DNA of 45,662 bases from Clostridia bacterium (GCA_041653455.1 JBAZFL010000003.1:1-45662), one strand, 5' to 3'; positions 25,711-35,431 are shown, numbered from the stretch's first letter. Notes: generated from the letters alone by a model not told the origin. Numbers and translations are program-made.

Positions 25711-28124
25711 TGCTGGCTGTATTCCTCAGTAAGATAACCGTAATCAAGCAAATAAAAAGACTCGCCCACTTTGTTATGTTCTATTTTAAGTGATAGGCAG
25801 TCACTAACAAAATTGGTGGCAAACTTATTCCGTTTTGACCGCTGGCCTGTATTTTCTGCGGCAAGTGAAAGCGTCCTTGCGGTTTGCGCCACCCCGTTAG
25901 CATAAGGTGTAATAGTCATATTTCCGGTTTGTGCTTTGGTACGGTAAATGATTTCACCATTCCTAATAACCGAACCATAGTAATTAAGTTCGTGAGTGAC
26001 GTATGCATCAACGGCTAAGGCAACATCATCTGTTCCGCTATTCAAGATATAAACAAATCCATCATCCGTTCCACCACCTAACTGAACAGTGCTGACGCTT
26101 CCGCTACCTGCGTCCAGTTCGGTCATGCAAGCAACTGGATAACCGTAACTATCCTCAGAGAAAGTCAAATCCAGCAGGTCATAAACAAGCCATGTGTTGC
26201 AAACGGTGGCAGAAGAACCAGTTACCAGACCTATTTTTAAGACCTGATAAGAGGAATCATACTTAATGAACATCTTGCTTTCATATCCTGACCTGATACA
26301 GTCAGAGGATGAAGGGTCAAAGTAATTCTTGATTGTATTAAAATTGGGAACGTGGCGCACTGTCTTGCCATCCGTGTATAAAATACCTCTCTTAGAGAGG
26401 ATAAAAGCCATTGTTACCCGTTCATCGTTTTGCCCATAGGGTAAACCGTCAACAACTACCAGAGATTGCGAGTTCATCCCGCCATAGTAATTGGATAATG
26501 TAATCTTTCCTAAGTTTGCCGGGGTGCTTCCTTGCAAGAGAGTTATACACCCGCCTTCCTCTCCGCGTTCCTCTTGGATGCAAAGCAACTCATTATAAAA
26601 CTTTCTGGCAGCAATTATCTTATTCGCCCTGCCATCACCCATTTGATAGATTGCGCTGTCCTGACCGGAAAGAATCTGAGGGTTGTCAGTGGATGAAAGA
26701 TAGAGATAAGAAGGGTCTTGGTCGAACACATAAACTCCCCTGTTCTTCCACACCGCATTGCACAAGCCAACACCGAACCGCGATATGTCAAAATAAGGAA
26801 TAACCTGAATACCAATATTAACATCAGCCGATAATGTTTTATCAACCGTAAACCGATACCAGTATGAGTCGTAGTTTAATTGATTAAATTGAGTAGGCTT
26901 AATTCCCGCTGTTCTCGGAAAGCTAACAAATCCAGATTGGCTTAACCCTGATGTTCCATCAGAATACGACCCAACTGTTACCCAAGAACCGGCAGGATTT
27001 AGATATTCAAATGAATCAATGGCGGTTGATGCTGTGGTATTCGGTGCAGTTCCCACATCTATATAAGCCGCCACAATCGGGTCAATAGAATTAAAGTAAA
27101 CGTAATCAGCATCGGTCATGCCGCCGATAGAAATTGAACTTGCACCGTAGCTGTAATAAACAGAGGAATGATAGTATTGCGCTTCGATAGCATCTTGAAA
27201 AACACCATCCCAAACGTCTTGGATAGATGTAAACCCCGAACCATAAGTGCAAGAAGTCACCTCAACCGTAGCGGATAAAGCCGCGCTAAAGGTTATTTGA
27301 ATCCAGAAACCGTTTGAGCCATACATATACTTCGGATAGGCATCTGTCGGTTGTGTCCAAGTGATATACCCTGTTCCGCTACAAGTCTTTCCGGTTACAG
27401 ATATTGTGCCATCGGTCTGACCGGAAACCGCAGTCCAAGAACCATTCCAGTATTTTACCGTGGCAACAACGGCATTAGTATTAACATTGGTATTAAAAGT
27501 AAGTTTTATTCTGTTAGACTGAATCTGTGAATTGATTACGATGCAGTCCGTGGCGTTTGTTCCTAAAGCTCCGATAGAAGCTACAGTGGAAGTGCTTGTA
27601 TCGTTTACCTGATCTGTGTAATCCGTTCCAATGGTCGGCATATCCGGCAACGTACTTGCAGACGAATAAGTTAATAACTTGGTAATGTAGTCATCAGTTC
27701 CCGCGCAGATTTGATGCTGGTCAACGCCGTTAGAAAATAAAAGTTTGTCGTTAATAACAGACCACGAAGCGGGAATTGAACTAGCAGAACCGCTAAACAC
27801 TTCGCTTCCGAAAGCACCTGTAGTTACGCCCGGAGGGGCAGTAGTTGCTTCCAGCACATCGTTGTCGGTCATTTGAGCGTAAAAATGCCTCTCTGTTCTC
27901 TTACCTTTTGAGAACTGGAATAGCGTCATTACGCCGTTTGTGCTGTCGGCTGTGGAGTGCTGTTTAATCATCCCTAGTCTTTGCTTCATGCCGGGGTGCA
28001 TCTGCCGCATATTCATTACTTTGGAATATGTGCCAAACTTCAGCAACGATGGTTCGTTATAACTGTTCTGACCGCCCATGAAAGGGACTGTTTTAATTTC
28101 GGTTGTCTGCTTAGATTGCGCCAT
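25707..28124 (-). CDS. Large tail structural protein (nozzle / tail tubular B-like position)
   Basis: 805 aa, ATGA/TAATG-coupled to both neighbours. Position is analogous to podovirus tail tube genes. No motif recognised. Confidence 0.45.
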   Translation of the reverse strand: MAQSKQTTEIKTVPFMGGQNSYNEPSLLKFGTYSKVMNMRQMHPGMKQRLGMIKQHSTADSTNGVMTLFQFSKGKRTERHFYAQMTDNDVLEATTAPPGVTTGAFGSEVFSGSASSIPASWSVINDKLLFSNGVDQHQICAGTDDYITKLLTYSSASTLPDMPTIGTDYTDQVNDTSTSTVASIGALGTNATDCIVINSQIQSNRIKLTFNTNVNTNAVVATVKYWNGSWTAVSGQTDGTISVTGKTCSGTGYITWTQPTDAYPKYMYGSNGFWIQITFSAALSATVEVTSCTYGSGFTSIQDVWDGVFQDAIEAQYYHSSVYYSYGASSISIGGMTDADYVYFNSIDPIVAAYIDVGTAPNTTASTAIDSFEYLNPAGSWVTVGSYSDGTSGLSQSGFVSFPRTAGIKPTQFNQLNYDSYWYRFTVDKTLSADVNIGIQVIPYFDISRFGVGLCNAVWKNRGVYVFDQDPSYLYLSSTDNPQILSGQDSAIYQMGDGRANKIIAARKFYNELLCIQEERGEEGGCITLLQGSTPANLGKITLSNYYGGMNSQSLVVVDGLPYGQNDERVTMAFILSKRGILYTDGKTVRHVPNFNTIKNYFDPSSSDCIRSGYESKMFIKYDSSYQVLKIGLVTGSSATVCNTWLVYDLLDLTFSEDSYGYPVACMTELDAGSGSVSTVQLGGGTDDGFVYILNSGTDDVALAVDAYVTHELNYYGSVIRNGEIIYRTKAQTGNMTITPYANGVAQTARTLSLAAENTGQRSKRNKFATNFVSDCLSLKIEHNKVGESFYLLDYGYLTEEYSQQ

Positions 28125-28972
28125 TAAACGTATGCCCTAAAGTCATAAAAGAGTTCATCCATCGGAATATCACCATGATAACTTCCGGTGAACGCTCTTA
28201 GTGTCTCGATTAAATCTTCTCGGAAATCTCCAATCTCCGGCACTTCCGCCCTCTGCGGAGAAACAACCTGATTCTTTAAAGCGATGATTGCTTTTTTAAC
28301 TATGAGATGATGGAAGGCTTCGGGAAGTTCTGATACTGTTCCGTAATATTTGCCTAATGCTGCCCTTGTAGCAATCGTGGCTATCCTTGTCGTGGCGTAA
28401 TCAGTGATTGTATCAGACCAACCATCGGTGATGTTTTCAATGACTATATTATTGTAATAATCGGCAATCTTCTTAGCATTGGTGTCGAGCGTGATGGTTG
28501 TAGCTGTGCCACCCACCGAACAGCCCTGAGTCAGTTCCTTCGGTTCGTAGTAATACCAAAAGGTCAACGTACCCGATGCTCCGCTATCCCTGACAATAGT
28601 ATTGCCCTGCCTGTAATAGAGGAAATCCGAGCCGGTTGTGTTGGTCATTGTTTTTGTTTTGACTGAAATGTTGCTGATTTTATTACCGTCACCGTCAATG
28701 ATATGCGATAAACGGAAAATTGCAGAAGGGATTGTATAGACACCGCTTGAGCCGGTAACAGTTGTTGAGGTTAAAAATAATTCAGGGAACCGGGCAAAGA
28801 GTAGATTCCATATAAATCTTTGGGAAATGTTGATTTTACGGACAATATCAGAATTGTCATAAACCCCCTTGTCGGTTCCCTGCATAAGTGCTGTTGAATA
28901 TTCATTTAATTCAGTCCTGATTTCTTCCAACATTCCATAGCAGTTGTTATACTGGTACAGGCTTTGTATCAT
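28124..28972 (-). CDS. Tail/adaptor structural protein (282 aa)
   Basis: Call rests on position only, directly upstream of the large tail gene. Confidence 0.4.
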   Translation of the reverse strand: MIQSLYQYNNCYGMLEEIRTELNEYSTALMQGTDKGVYDNSDIVRKINISQRFIWNLLFARFPELFLTSTTVTGSSGVYTIPSAIFRLSHIIDGDGNKISNISVKTKTMTNTTGSDFLYYRQGNTIVRDSGASGTLTFWYYYEPKELTQGCSVGGTATTITLDTNAKKIADYYNNIVIENITDGWSDTITDYATTRIATIATRAALGKYYGTVSELPEAFHHLIVKKAIIALKNQVVSPQRAEVPEIGDFREDLIETLRAFTGSYHGDIPMDELFYDFRAYV

Positions 28973-29597
28973 CTTTAAAGTCCTTGATTGGGTTGTGCTT
29001 AAAGTTTATGTGACTTTTCATTCTATTGGCGCGAACCATCTCTCCACAAATTCCACACGCTATTAATTCTTCGGCGCTATTATTTTTTTTTTGATTAACT
29101 GGTTCTTGCTGACCGCCTTTGGCTACCGTTGCCATGACTTCTTGCATCTGGTTTAACAGTGCCGCCATTTGCGTCTTTAATTCTTCGTTCTCCCTGCTAA
29201 GTTTTCCAATCTGCCCCTTTTCTCCTTCTGCCAGTGAATAGGGTTGCAATAACTCAATCCCTAACTCGATTGCGTATTGCTTGATTATCTTGCTTGGCAC
29301 ATCGTAGGGCTGACCGGATGCCTTACGTCTTTCATTCCTTTCGTTGTAGGTAACAATCTGCTTAATCTTAAATTCTCTGTTTCTCTCAATCGCGTCTTTG
29401 GCTATTGCATCTTCCTCGATTGACTTGCCATCATCATCAAAAATCAGTTTGGTCATGCCCCTTGCGGTAAGGTTATTCAGAACGTGCTTACCCATTGCTT
29501 CGTCAACCTTCATTCGCTTACCGGCAAGCAGGGTGTAACTTAATCCGGCATAACTAAACGGCATGTCCTCGTTCGTAGGATTCCATAAAAAAATCAT
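28947..29597 (-). CDS. Hypothetical protein with coiled coil and C-terminal C2H2-like zinc motif
   Basis: The ATG at 29595-29597 is preceded by ggaggg at 5-nt spacing. CGICGE...HINFKH at the C-terminus. Confidence 0.5.
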   Translation of the reverse strand: MIFLWNPTNEDMPFSYAGLSYTLLAGKRMKVDEAMGKHVLNNLTARGMTKLIFDDDGKSIEEDAIAKDAIERNREFKIKQIVTYNERNERRKASGQPYDVPSKIIKQYAIELGIELLQPYSLAEGEKGQIGKLSRENEELKTQMAALLNQMQEVMATVAKGGQQEPVNQKKNNSAEELIACGICGEMVRANRMKSHINFKHNPIKDFKDDTKPVPV

Positions 29598-31230
29598 AAT
29601 ATCCCTCCATTGGTCTGTATGAATATTGGGATTGCTCACAAGATTCATCAAATTCTAAAACTGTTTCGATCACTTCTTCCGGTTCTGGAAGATACTCCAC
29701 AATGCTGTGTCCCTTTGGTACATACTTAGCCACCCATACATCGGTAATGTCGCCACCGAAGTATGAGTTTTCTTCTTCCATTAATTTCTTATAAAGCGCC
29801 TTTGCCTTGTAATTCTTGCTTCTATTTCTAAAAGGCAATACATGGTCGGGGTGCTTGCAGGTAGGAATCAGTAAAATGTTATTGTCGAAAGCTCCGGCTA
29901 TGTGAATAGGTGCTGAATCATTTGAAATAAGCGTTTTTGCCATTGAAATTAACGCCACAAGCCCTCTCAGAGACAACTTATCCCTAAAGTCTATGCAATG
30001 AGTAGCATCCACTTCCAAAACGCTGTGAGCGTCATTTAAACGCTTCCCGATAATGCCTACCTTCTGACCAGACTCGATTAAACCGTCAATTATCTTCTGC
30101 CAGTATTCAACAGGAAAGGTCTTTGATTCCCACCCAACGCCCGGATGAACCAAAACAAGTTCTTCGGGTTCGTTGTAAATCTTTGTTACTTCAGCCATAT
30201 GTTCCTGCGCGAATGTCAACTTAATCTGTTTGTCATCATCGGATAACTGCCGACCAAGCATACAGGTTGAAACCCAATCTACAGGGTGCATAAAGTGAAA
30301 CGATATAGCTTTTCCAAAAGACTCCCACGGTAATTGGTGCGTGTTCATTTCGATTACAGCGTCAAAGTCACCATCTGGATAACCCTTGCTGAAATGGATG
30401 CCTTCGATATGGTCGTATATTTCATAATCTTTGCACATGAGCCAGATTTCACAATCCTTATAGGCTTTCTCCCTGATGTATCTGATAACTGGTTCTGCCG
30501 ATACAACGTCACCTATCCCGCCTAGCGACCAGATAAATATTTTCTTTTTGTATTCGTATTTCCCATTTGCTTCTTTCCACTTGATAATATCCCTATCCAT
30601 TTTCTTCATCATATTATCACCGTCACCGGCATAGTGGATAAGGTAGGAATCAAGTCTTGAAACTCCGGTTGCCCTGTCCATGATGGACATGCGGTTGAAC
30701 TTGTAATGCAGTTTAAAAATCTTTTCGCCGGATAGCATAATTTTCATGTTAAGGAAGGTCTGTTCTCCAAAAGAGTTTCTTAACTGTTTTACTTCCTCAA
30801 CTATCTTGAAAATATGTCTATGGCGGCGAGAACATACAAACACACCAGTGTTATAGTAAGTTGTTCCATCGTACCTGAATCCCTCAATTTGATAGACCTT
30901 CATCACTTCGTGGATGCAGATGTTGCGCGGGGTAAACTCGCCCTCGTTGAATATCCCGAATTCGTTTTCCGGCACTATGTCGAACAGCGAAGGTGCATCG
31001 TCACGGATGATAATATCAGCGTCTATATAAGCAATCCGGTCATATTCCTTTTTTAACAGGTCATAACAGCAGAATTTCAGCCAATGCGCCGTAGGAACTT
31101 GGCTTACATCATTCAGGATTATTAAATCAGCATCGCACTTATCGGCATAGGCGAGAAAATAAGGCTCGGTCTTTTTCCAGATCGCTTCGTATTTATCGCC
31201 AACAACGATTGTCAATATGGCATTTCTCAT
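29554..31230 (-). CDS. Bifunctional glycosyltransferase: N-terminal GT-A (GT8/GT34-like, DXD) fused to C-terminal GT9 (heptosyltransferase-like)
   Basis: N-terminal domain: AYIDADIIIRDD (DXD), YYNTGVFV, LIHYAGDG. C-terminal domain: SLGGIGDVVSAEPVIRYI, VLVHPGVGWESKTFPVEYWQKII, LISNDSAPIHIAGAF, which are classical GT9 blocks. Confidence 0.75.
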   Translation of the reverse strand: MRNAILTIVVGDKYEAIWKKTEPYFLAYADKCDADLIILNDVSQVPTAHWLKFCCYDLLKKEYDRIAYIDADIIIRDDAPSLFDIVPENEFGIFNEGEFTPRNICIHEVMKVYQIEGFRYDGTTYYNTGVFVCSRRHRHIFKIVEEVKQLRNSFGEQTFLNMKIMLSGEKIFKLHYKFNRMSIMDRATGVSRLDSYLIHYAGDGDNMMKKMDRDIIKWKEANGKYEYKKKIFIWSLGGIGDVVSAEPVIRYIREKAYKDCEIWLMCKDYEIYDHIEGIHFSKGYPDGDFDAVIEMNTHQLPWESFGKAISFHFMHPVDWVSTCMLGRQLSDDDKQIKLTFAQEHMAEVTKIYNEPEELVLVHPGVGWESKTFPVEYWQKIIDGLIESGQKVGIIGKRLNDAHSVLEVDATHCIDFRDKLSLRGLVALISMAKTLISNDSAPIHIAGAFDNNILLIPTCKHPDHVLPFRNRSKNYKAKALYKKLMEEENSYFGGDITDVWVAKYVPKGHSIVEYLPEPEEVIETVLEFDESCEQSQYSYRPMEGYYDFFMESYERGHAV

Positions 31231-31625
31231 ATCGGTCTATATGCCGGGATTTTCTTACCCGCGCCGGTCATTTTGTTAAAAGCGTTTCGTAATTGAATCT
31301 TGTCGTCTTTAGTCATGTTACGAATCATGTCTTTCCGCTTAGTATCATCTGCGCTTCTTACATCGTGCATATACTTTGCGGTCTTTTCTAATCGGTCTTT
31401 AACCCGCTGTTTCTCCATATCCCCTTCAGAGAGGACGGCAATCTCGCGCATATCCGGTTGTCGGAAACCACCGTCATCTCTCTTTACAAGGAGGAGATTA
31501 ACTGGTTGACCATAACCTCGGTCATACACAATAACAAAATGCTCATGTTCTTTCCGAAACACACAATCTAAGCGTTTATCAAGATTCTTGAGTAAGCGCA
31601 TAAATCCTCTTTCCGGTGTAATCAT
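31227..31625 (-). CDS. Hypothetical protein (132 aa)
   Basis: ATGA-coupled on both sides within the glycosyltransferase cassette. Confidence 0.55.
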   Translation of the reverse strand: MITPERGFMRLLKNLDKRLDCVFRKEHEHFVIVYDRGYGQPVNLLLVKRDDGGFRQPDMREIAVLSEGDMEKQRVKDRLEKTAKYMHDVRSADDTKRKDMIRNMTKDDKIQLRNAFNKMTGAGKKIPAYRPI

Positions 31626-32176
31626 AACAATCCCTTCTGCGGAGTTCCGTACCCATACATTACCCCGCCGTTAGTTCTTAAAATCAAACTGCCGCTTCCA
31701 TGAACTTTTACTTTAATCCCTCTGCCAAGAGCCTGACCTATCCAAAATTCTAAAGATGGTTTCTGCCATAAGTATTCTGAACGTGCGGTCATATTGACTC
31801 CGTAAAGGTTAATCTCCGTGAATCCCTTATAGATTGCCAGTGCAATAGCGTAATCAATTGTATTCGAGAAATAGTCAGTCTCGAAGTATTCAATGATTTC
31901 ATTTATTGGATATGACCCCAAGTTGATGTAAGGCACGTTATTCTCAATCGCTAATTGCCTTGACTTAATCGCGCCCTGCTTTTCTAACTCTCCCCACCGA
32001 CCATCTTCATAGACGTTCATGTCTATTACTAGGTCAACTTTTCTTTTCAGGTTAATGAGGGTAATGCCCCATGCGAGTTCATCGCACGGAGCATTTTCCC
32101 ATCCCTTACCTCTGCCGATGATATTAACTTTCACGTTAGGTTGTGGTATCAACCAACGGATGCGGCCCCGCCACAT
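31622..32176 (-). CDS. CstII/DUF115 (MptE/Maf)-like Rossmann protein; possible sugar transferase
   Basis: VNIIGRGKGW resembles the (V/I)IAGNGPSL block. DYAIALAIYKGFTEINLYGVNM resembles the CstII block VAIALGYKEIYLSGIDF. Weak, by-eye similarity only. The start is uncertain (41-nt overlap upstream). Confidence 0.35.
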   Translation of the reverse strand: MWRGRIRWLIPQPNVKVNIIGRGKGWENAPCDELAWGITLINLKRKVDLVIDMNVYEDGRWGELEKQGAIKSRQLAIENNVPYINLGSYPINEIIEYFETDYFSNTIDYAIALAIYKGFTEINLYGVNMTARSEYLWQKPSLEFWIGQALGRGIKVKVHGSGSLILRTNGGVMYGYGTPQKGLL

Positions 32177-33047
32177 TAGCGGCAGTCAGCCAGTTATCGG
32201 CTGCCCTTGCTTCATTAACAACCAATGCCTCAAGCGGAGTAGCAATACCCGTTACCGTTGCGGCACTCATCAATTTGTTGCCGGACGTATAGAACAAACT
32301 TGCTGCATCATTGATGGTTATCCCTGCTGCGGAAATTAAGTTATCCTTGATAACCGAACCCCAAGATGAGGTCATGCCCGAACCAGCAACGATTCCGCTG
32401 GCGGCTGCGTCAACCATCGTATTGCCAACTATTTCCGTCCCACCAGCTTCGCCAGTACCGAAGGTCATATAAGAAGTTGCAAACGCACCCTCAAATCTAT
32501 TGCTAAACACCTTCAAAAATGGAGAAGCGGTAGCCTGAATCCCAATAGTCGTAGTTCCGTTTGTGGTCAATGTACTTCTACCAATCTGGAAACCGCTTGA
32601 ACTTGAAGCCAATGTGATAATAGGGGCAGCAGCACCAGTAGATTTCAACCAGAGATTAAGAAAACGAGTTCCATAATTGTCATCATTAACGGGAACATGG
32701 TGACCCAAAATTCCAGGCTGAGTATTACCATCATAAGAACCGCAACCAACAACATCGCACTTATTCGGGAACGCAACCAACGACTCCGTGGTATAATCTG
32801 ACCACAGATAGATTGTATTACGTCTTGCCCATCTTGCTCTGCGAGCCATATCAAGATTGCTTACAGAAATAGCTTTGGCAAGAGTCTTAAAAGCCCTATC
32901 AATCGACAGACCATCCCAAGCATCATTACCGGAGTTGTTCTCAACATAATACACCGTACCGCCCAATGCTCCACGAGCTTCTACGCCCATTCCAAGATTG
33001 TCGATATAGTTGACTAAACTTGAATCTAAATTGTATTTCTTAATCAT
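32136..33047 (-). CDS. Right-handed beta-helix protein immediately downstream of the capsid gene
   Basis: YYVENNSGNDAWDGLSIDRAFKTLAKAI is the typical beta-helix/DUF1565 N-terminal motif. The remainder is Gly/Ser/Thr/Ala-rich and repetitive. SD aaggaga. Confidence 0.55.
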   Translation of the reverse strand: MIKKYNLDSSLVNYIDNLGMGVEARGALGGTVYYVENNSGNDAWDGLSIDRAFKTLAKAISVSNLDMARRARWARRNTIYLWSDYTTESLVAFPNKCDVVGCGSYDGNTQPGILGHHVPVNDDNYGTRFLNLWLKSTGAAAPIITLASSSSGFQIGRSTLTTNGTTTIGIQATASPFLKVFSNRFEGAFATSYMTFGTGEAGGTEIVGNTMVDAAASGIVAGSGMTSSWGSVIKDNLISAAGITINDAASLFYTSGNKLMSAATVTGIATPLEALVVNEARAADNWLTAANVAGPHPLVDTTT

Positions 33048-33071
33048 TTTAATTCTCCTTAATAGTTGTCC

Positions 33072-33097
33072 CTAGAGGGCGAGTAATCGCCCTCTAG
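33072..33097 (-). promoter_or_regulatory. Perfect 10-bp stem-loop just downstream of the capsid gene
   Basis: ctagagggcg (33072-33081) / cgccctctag (33088-33097) around a 6-nt loop. No U-tract follows on the minus strand. Confidence 0.6.
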
Positions 33098-33112
33098 ATA
33101 CTTGTTAAATTG

Positions 33113-34441
33113 TTATGAATATAGGCTCGGTTCAACCAAATCTTTTACGAGCGCGAGACAATTTCTCTGCTCGCACCCTAACTGGGTATAAATTCTGAGA
33201 TATGCATCCCATTCATCGTACCCTGCTCTCTGGTGCAACTGAGAATTATCCAGATTGCCCCAACCAAGAGGACTCATTTCGTACTTCTGGATTACATCAT
33301 CAGGGTAGCAGTAAATAAGATTCGGCTGGCACAGCGGGTCAACGATGATTTCCACAGAACCATCACCACCGGAGAAGGTCAACACTTCGTAACCGCCAAC
33401 CAGTTTGCCCGGAGCAAAACGAACATCCGGCATTAACAGGTTTGCGTATTTACGTTTCTGACCCAATCCCATGAGCATTTTCTTGATGCTGGCGCCGGAA
33501 GCTGTACGAACTACATCAACAGCCTGAAGCATAAGGTCAACGGAAAGCTCACGGTTGACACTGGAATTGCTGAGAATATTTGCCGCCCATTTCGGCTGAG
33601 AAGCAACGGTAATGCCTTCATAAACGGAAAGCAGCGTACCATTGTCAAACATACCGTAAAGGCCAGTCATTTCGGCAGGAGTGTCGGTGGAGGCATGAGA
33701 AAGATCACGCGCACCCATCTTTACAACGACCATTCCTTCTGTCGTGGTACAGGTAACGCCATTGGTCAAAGTGGAAAGAGTGGGGTGATTTGCCGCAAAC
33801 GTAGTGGCATTGGTTTCAAAGGTTACAACCTTAGTAGAAGGCGCAACGCTCTTTACTCTCTGTGCATAAGCGGCGGAATCAGACGAACCAAGAACGGTAC
33901 CACCGGCAGAAGCGTAGAAGTCAACCAACTGGCCTTCAATAAAGTATTTAATGCCTAAATCGTTATCAAAGGTTACTGCATAAGTGGCGTTGGAAGCAGC
34001 GCTCGAAGCCGCAGAAGCGCGACCAATCATTCCAAAACCGTCCCAATGCATCTGGCGGTTCATGTCAACAATAATGCTCTGATAGATGTCCTCGATTTCA
34101 TCCGCGAGTCCATCAACAAAAGCCGCTTCATTACCCTTTGCCGCTTCGATAGCGGGGCCGGTGATTCTCAGCGAACCATACAGATAGGCAGGGGTGATTG
34201 TTCCATTGATTTTAACGCCGGTCATCGGGTCAGGAAGTTTCCCTGATTCTGCGCGACCACCTGTTGACTGATTACGGGCTATTCTAAGCCCAAAAGTATA
34301 ACCCTTGCCCTTCGGGGATTTATCCGATTTCGGGAACAGGTTATAAGTAGTTTTTTCATCGTTGAACTGATTTTTCAGTCCGTCACCATATACGGTTTTC
34401 AACGCATTGGTTAAATTTGTCAAATCTGCATAACTGGACAT
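33113..34441 (-). CDS. Major capsid protein (HK97-fold candidate)
   Basis: 442 aa directly after the scaffold-like gene, with strong SD aaaggaga. The N-terminal region has the LP-containing pattern common in phage MCPs. The call rests mainly on synteny and composition. Confidence 0.75.
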   Translation of the reverse strand: MSSYADLTNLTNALKTVYGDGLKNQFNDEKTTYNLFPKSDKSPKGKGYTFGLRIARNQSTGGRAESGKLPDPMTGVKINGTITPAYLYGSLRITGPAIEAAKGNEAAFVDGLADEIEDIYQSIIVDMNRQMHWDGFGMIGRASAASSAASNATYAVTFDNDLGIKYFIEGQLVDFYASAGGTVLGSSDSAAYAQRVKSVAPSTKVVTFETNATTFAANHPTLSTLTNGVTCTTTEGMVVVKMGARDLSHASTDTPAEMTGLYGMFDNGTLLSVYEGITVASQPKWAANILSNSSVNRELSVDLMLQAVDVVRTASGASIKKMLMGLGQKRKYANLLMPDVRFAPGKLVGGYEVLTFSGGDGSVEIIVDPLCQPNLIYCYPDDVIQKYEMSPLGWGNLDNSQLHQRAGYDEWDAYLRIYTQLGCEQRNCLALVKDLVEPSLYS

Positions 34442-34443
34442 TG

Positions 34444-35289
34444 TTAATCTCCTTTACGACTAACCGCCTCCATGAAGGCTGACCGAAGTCCTTTTAATCC
34501 CTTCGGAGGTTCGGGTTTGGTAGCGGTTGACGCTCCATCGGTAGAAGGAACCTTGGGGATGCTTTCCTTCCCGGCAAGATATGCCTTAATCGCTTCTTCC
34601 TTTATCGCCTCAACCATCTTTTGATATTTTTTAACACCGGAGGTAATTACCTTTTTAACTGCCTTTTTATCGGTCAGGGTAATTTCGTTGCAGTCATTTT
34701 GTACGCCAAGCGTCCATGAAATAAATTCTCTTTCATTGGGTTTTAAATCGTCCATGAGGTCTAGGGCTGTCTTAACTTCGCCCTCATAAAACTCAACGGA
34801 CTGTTTAGCTGCCTGTGCGTCCTTCTCTGCTTGCTCCTTTGCCGTTACCCTATGCGAAATTTCCTGATTTTGCTTTTCCAACCGGGCAATCGTTTGTTCC
34901 GGTGTTTCCTCGTTTCTCCGCTTTAATTCGTTTTGTTGCGCCCAATAAAGCTCGTATGAGTCTAACTTTTCAGCTTTGCCGACAATTTCATCGAGTTTAT
35001 CTAGGTCAACTTTTTTGCCGTAAACTTTCTTACCGGATTCAATCAGGTCTTTCAGTTCGTCAACATCTTCCAGACCGTTAGCTTCCATTAAAGACTTTGC
35101 TGTTTTTAAAAGAGCTAACTCACTTTTGAATCTTGGGTCTTTGTGCCACGGCATATCGGCTTCGGACGAGTCAACCTTCTTATCTTTATCGTCCTTATTG
35201 GCTGTGGATGAATCAGCCGTTGCATCCTTTTTGATTTCTTCCTTTTTGTCAGGTTCCGCCCCTGTCTTATCGGTATTCTTTTCTTCCAT
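34444..35289 (-). CDS. Scaffolding protein
   Basis: Highly charged and helical, with an acidic/lysine-rich N-terminus. Lies between portal and capsid genes. Confidence 0.65.
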   Translation of the reverse strand: MEEKNTDKTGAEPDKKEEIKKDATADSSTANKDDKDKKVDSSEADMPWHKDPRFKSELALLKTAKSLMEANGLEDVDELKDLIESGKKVYGKKVDLDKLDEIVGKAEKLDSYELYWAQQNELKRRNEETPEQTIARLEKQNQEISHRVTAKEQAEKDAQAAKQSVEFYEGEVKTALDLMDDLKPNEREFISWTLGVQNDCNEITLTDKKAVKKVITSGVKKYQKMVEAIKEEAIKAYLAGKESIPKVPSTDGASTATKPEPPKGLKGLRSAFMEAVSRKGD

Positions 35290-35431
35290 TGTGTTCTCCT
35301 TTGGTTTATTTTGTCAGTTTGGGTGATTCCAAAATGGCAAATAAAAGTTGTTTGGTGTTTATTTATCAGCGTCCTTAAATATCTTTCCGCTTTTTGACAT
35401 TACCTTCTTGGCTATCTTCAATCCTTTCGGA

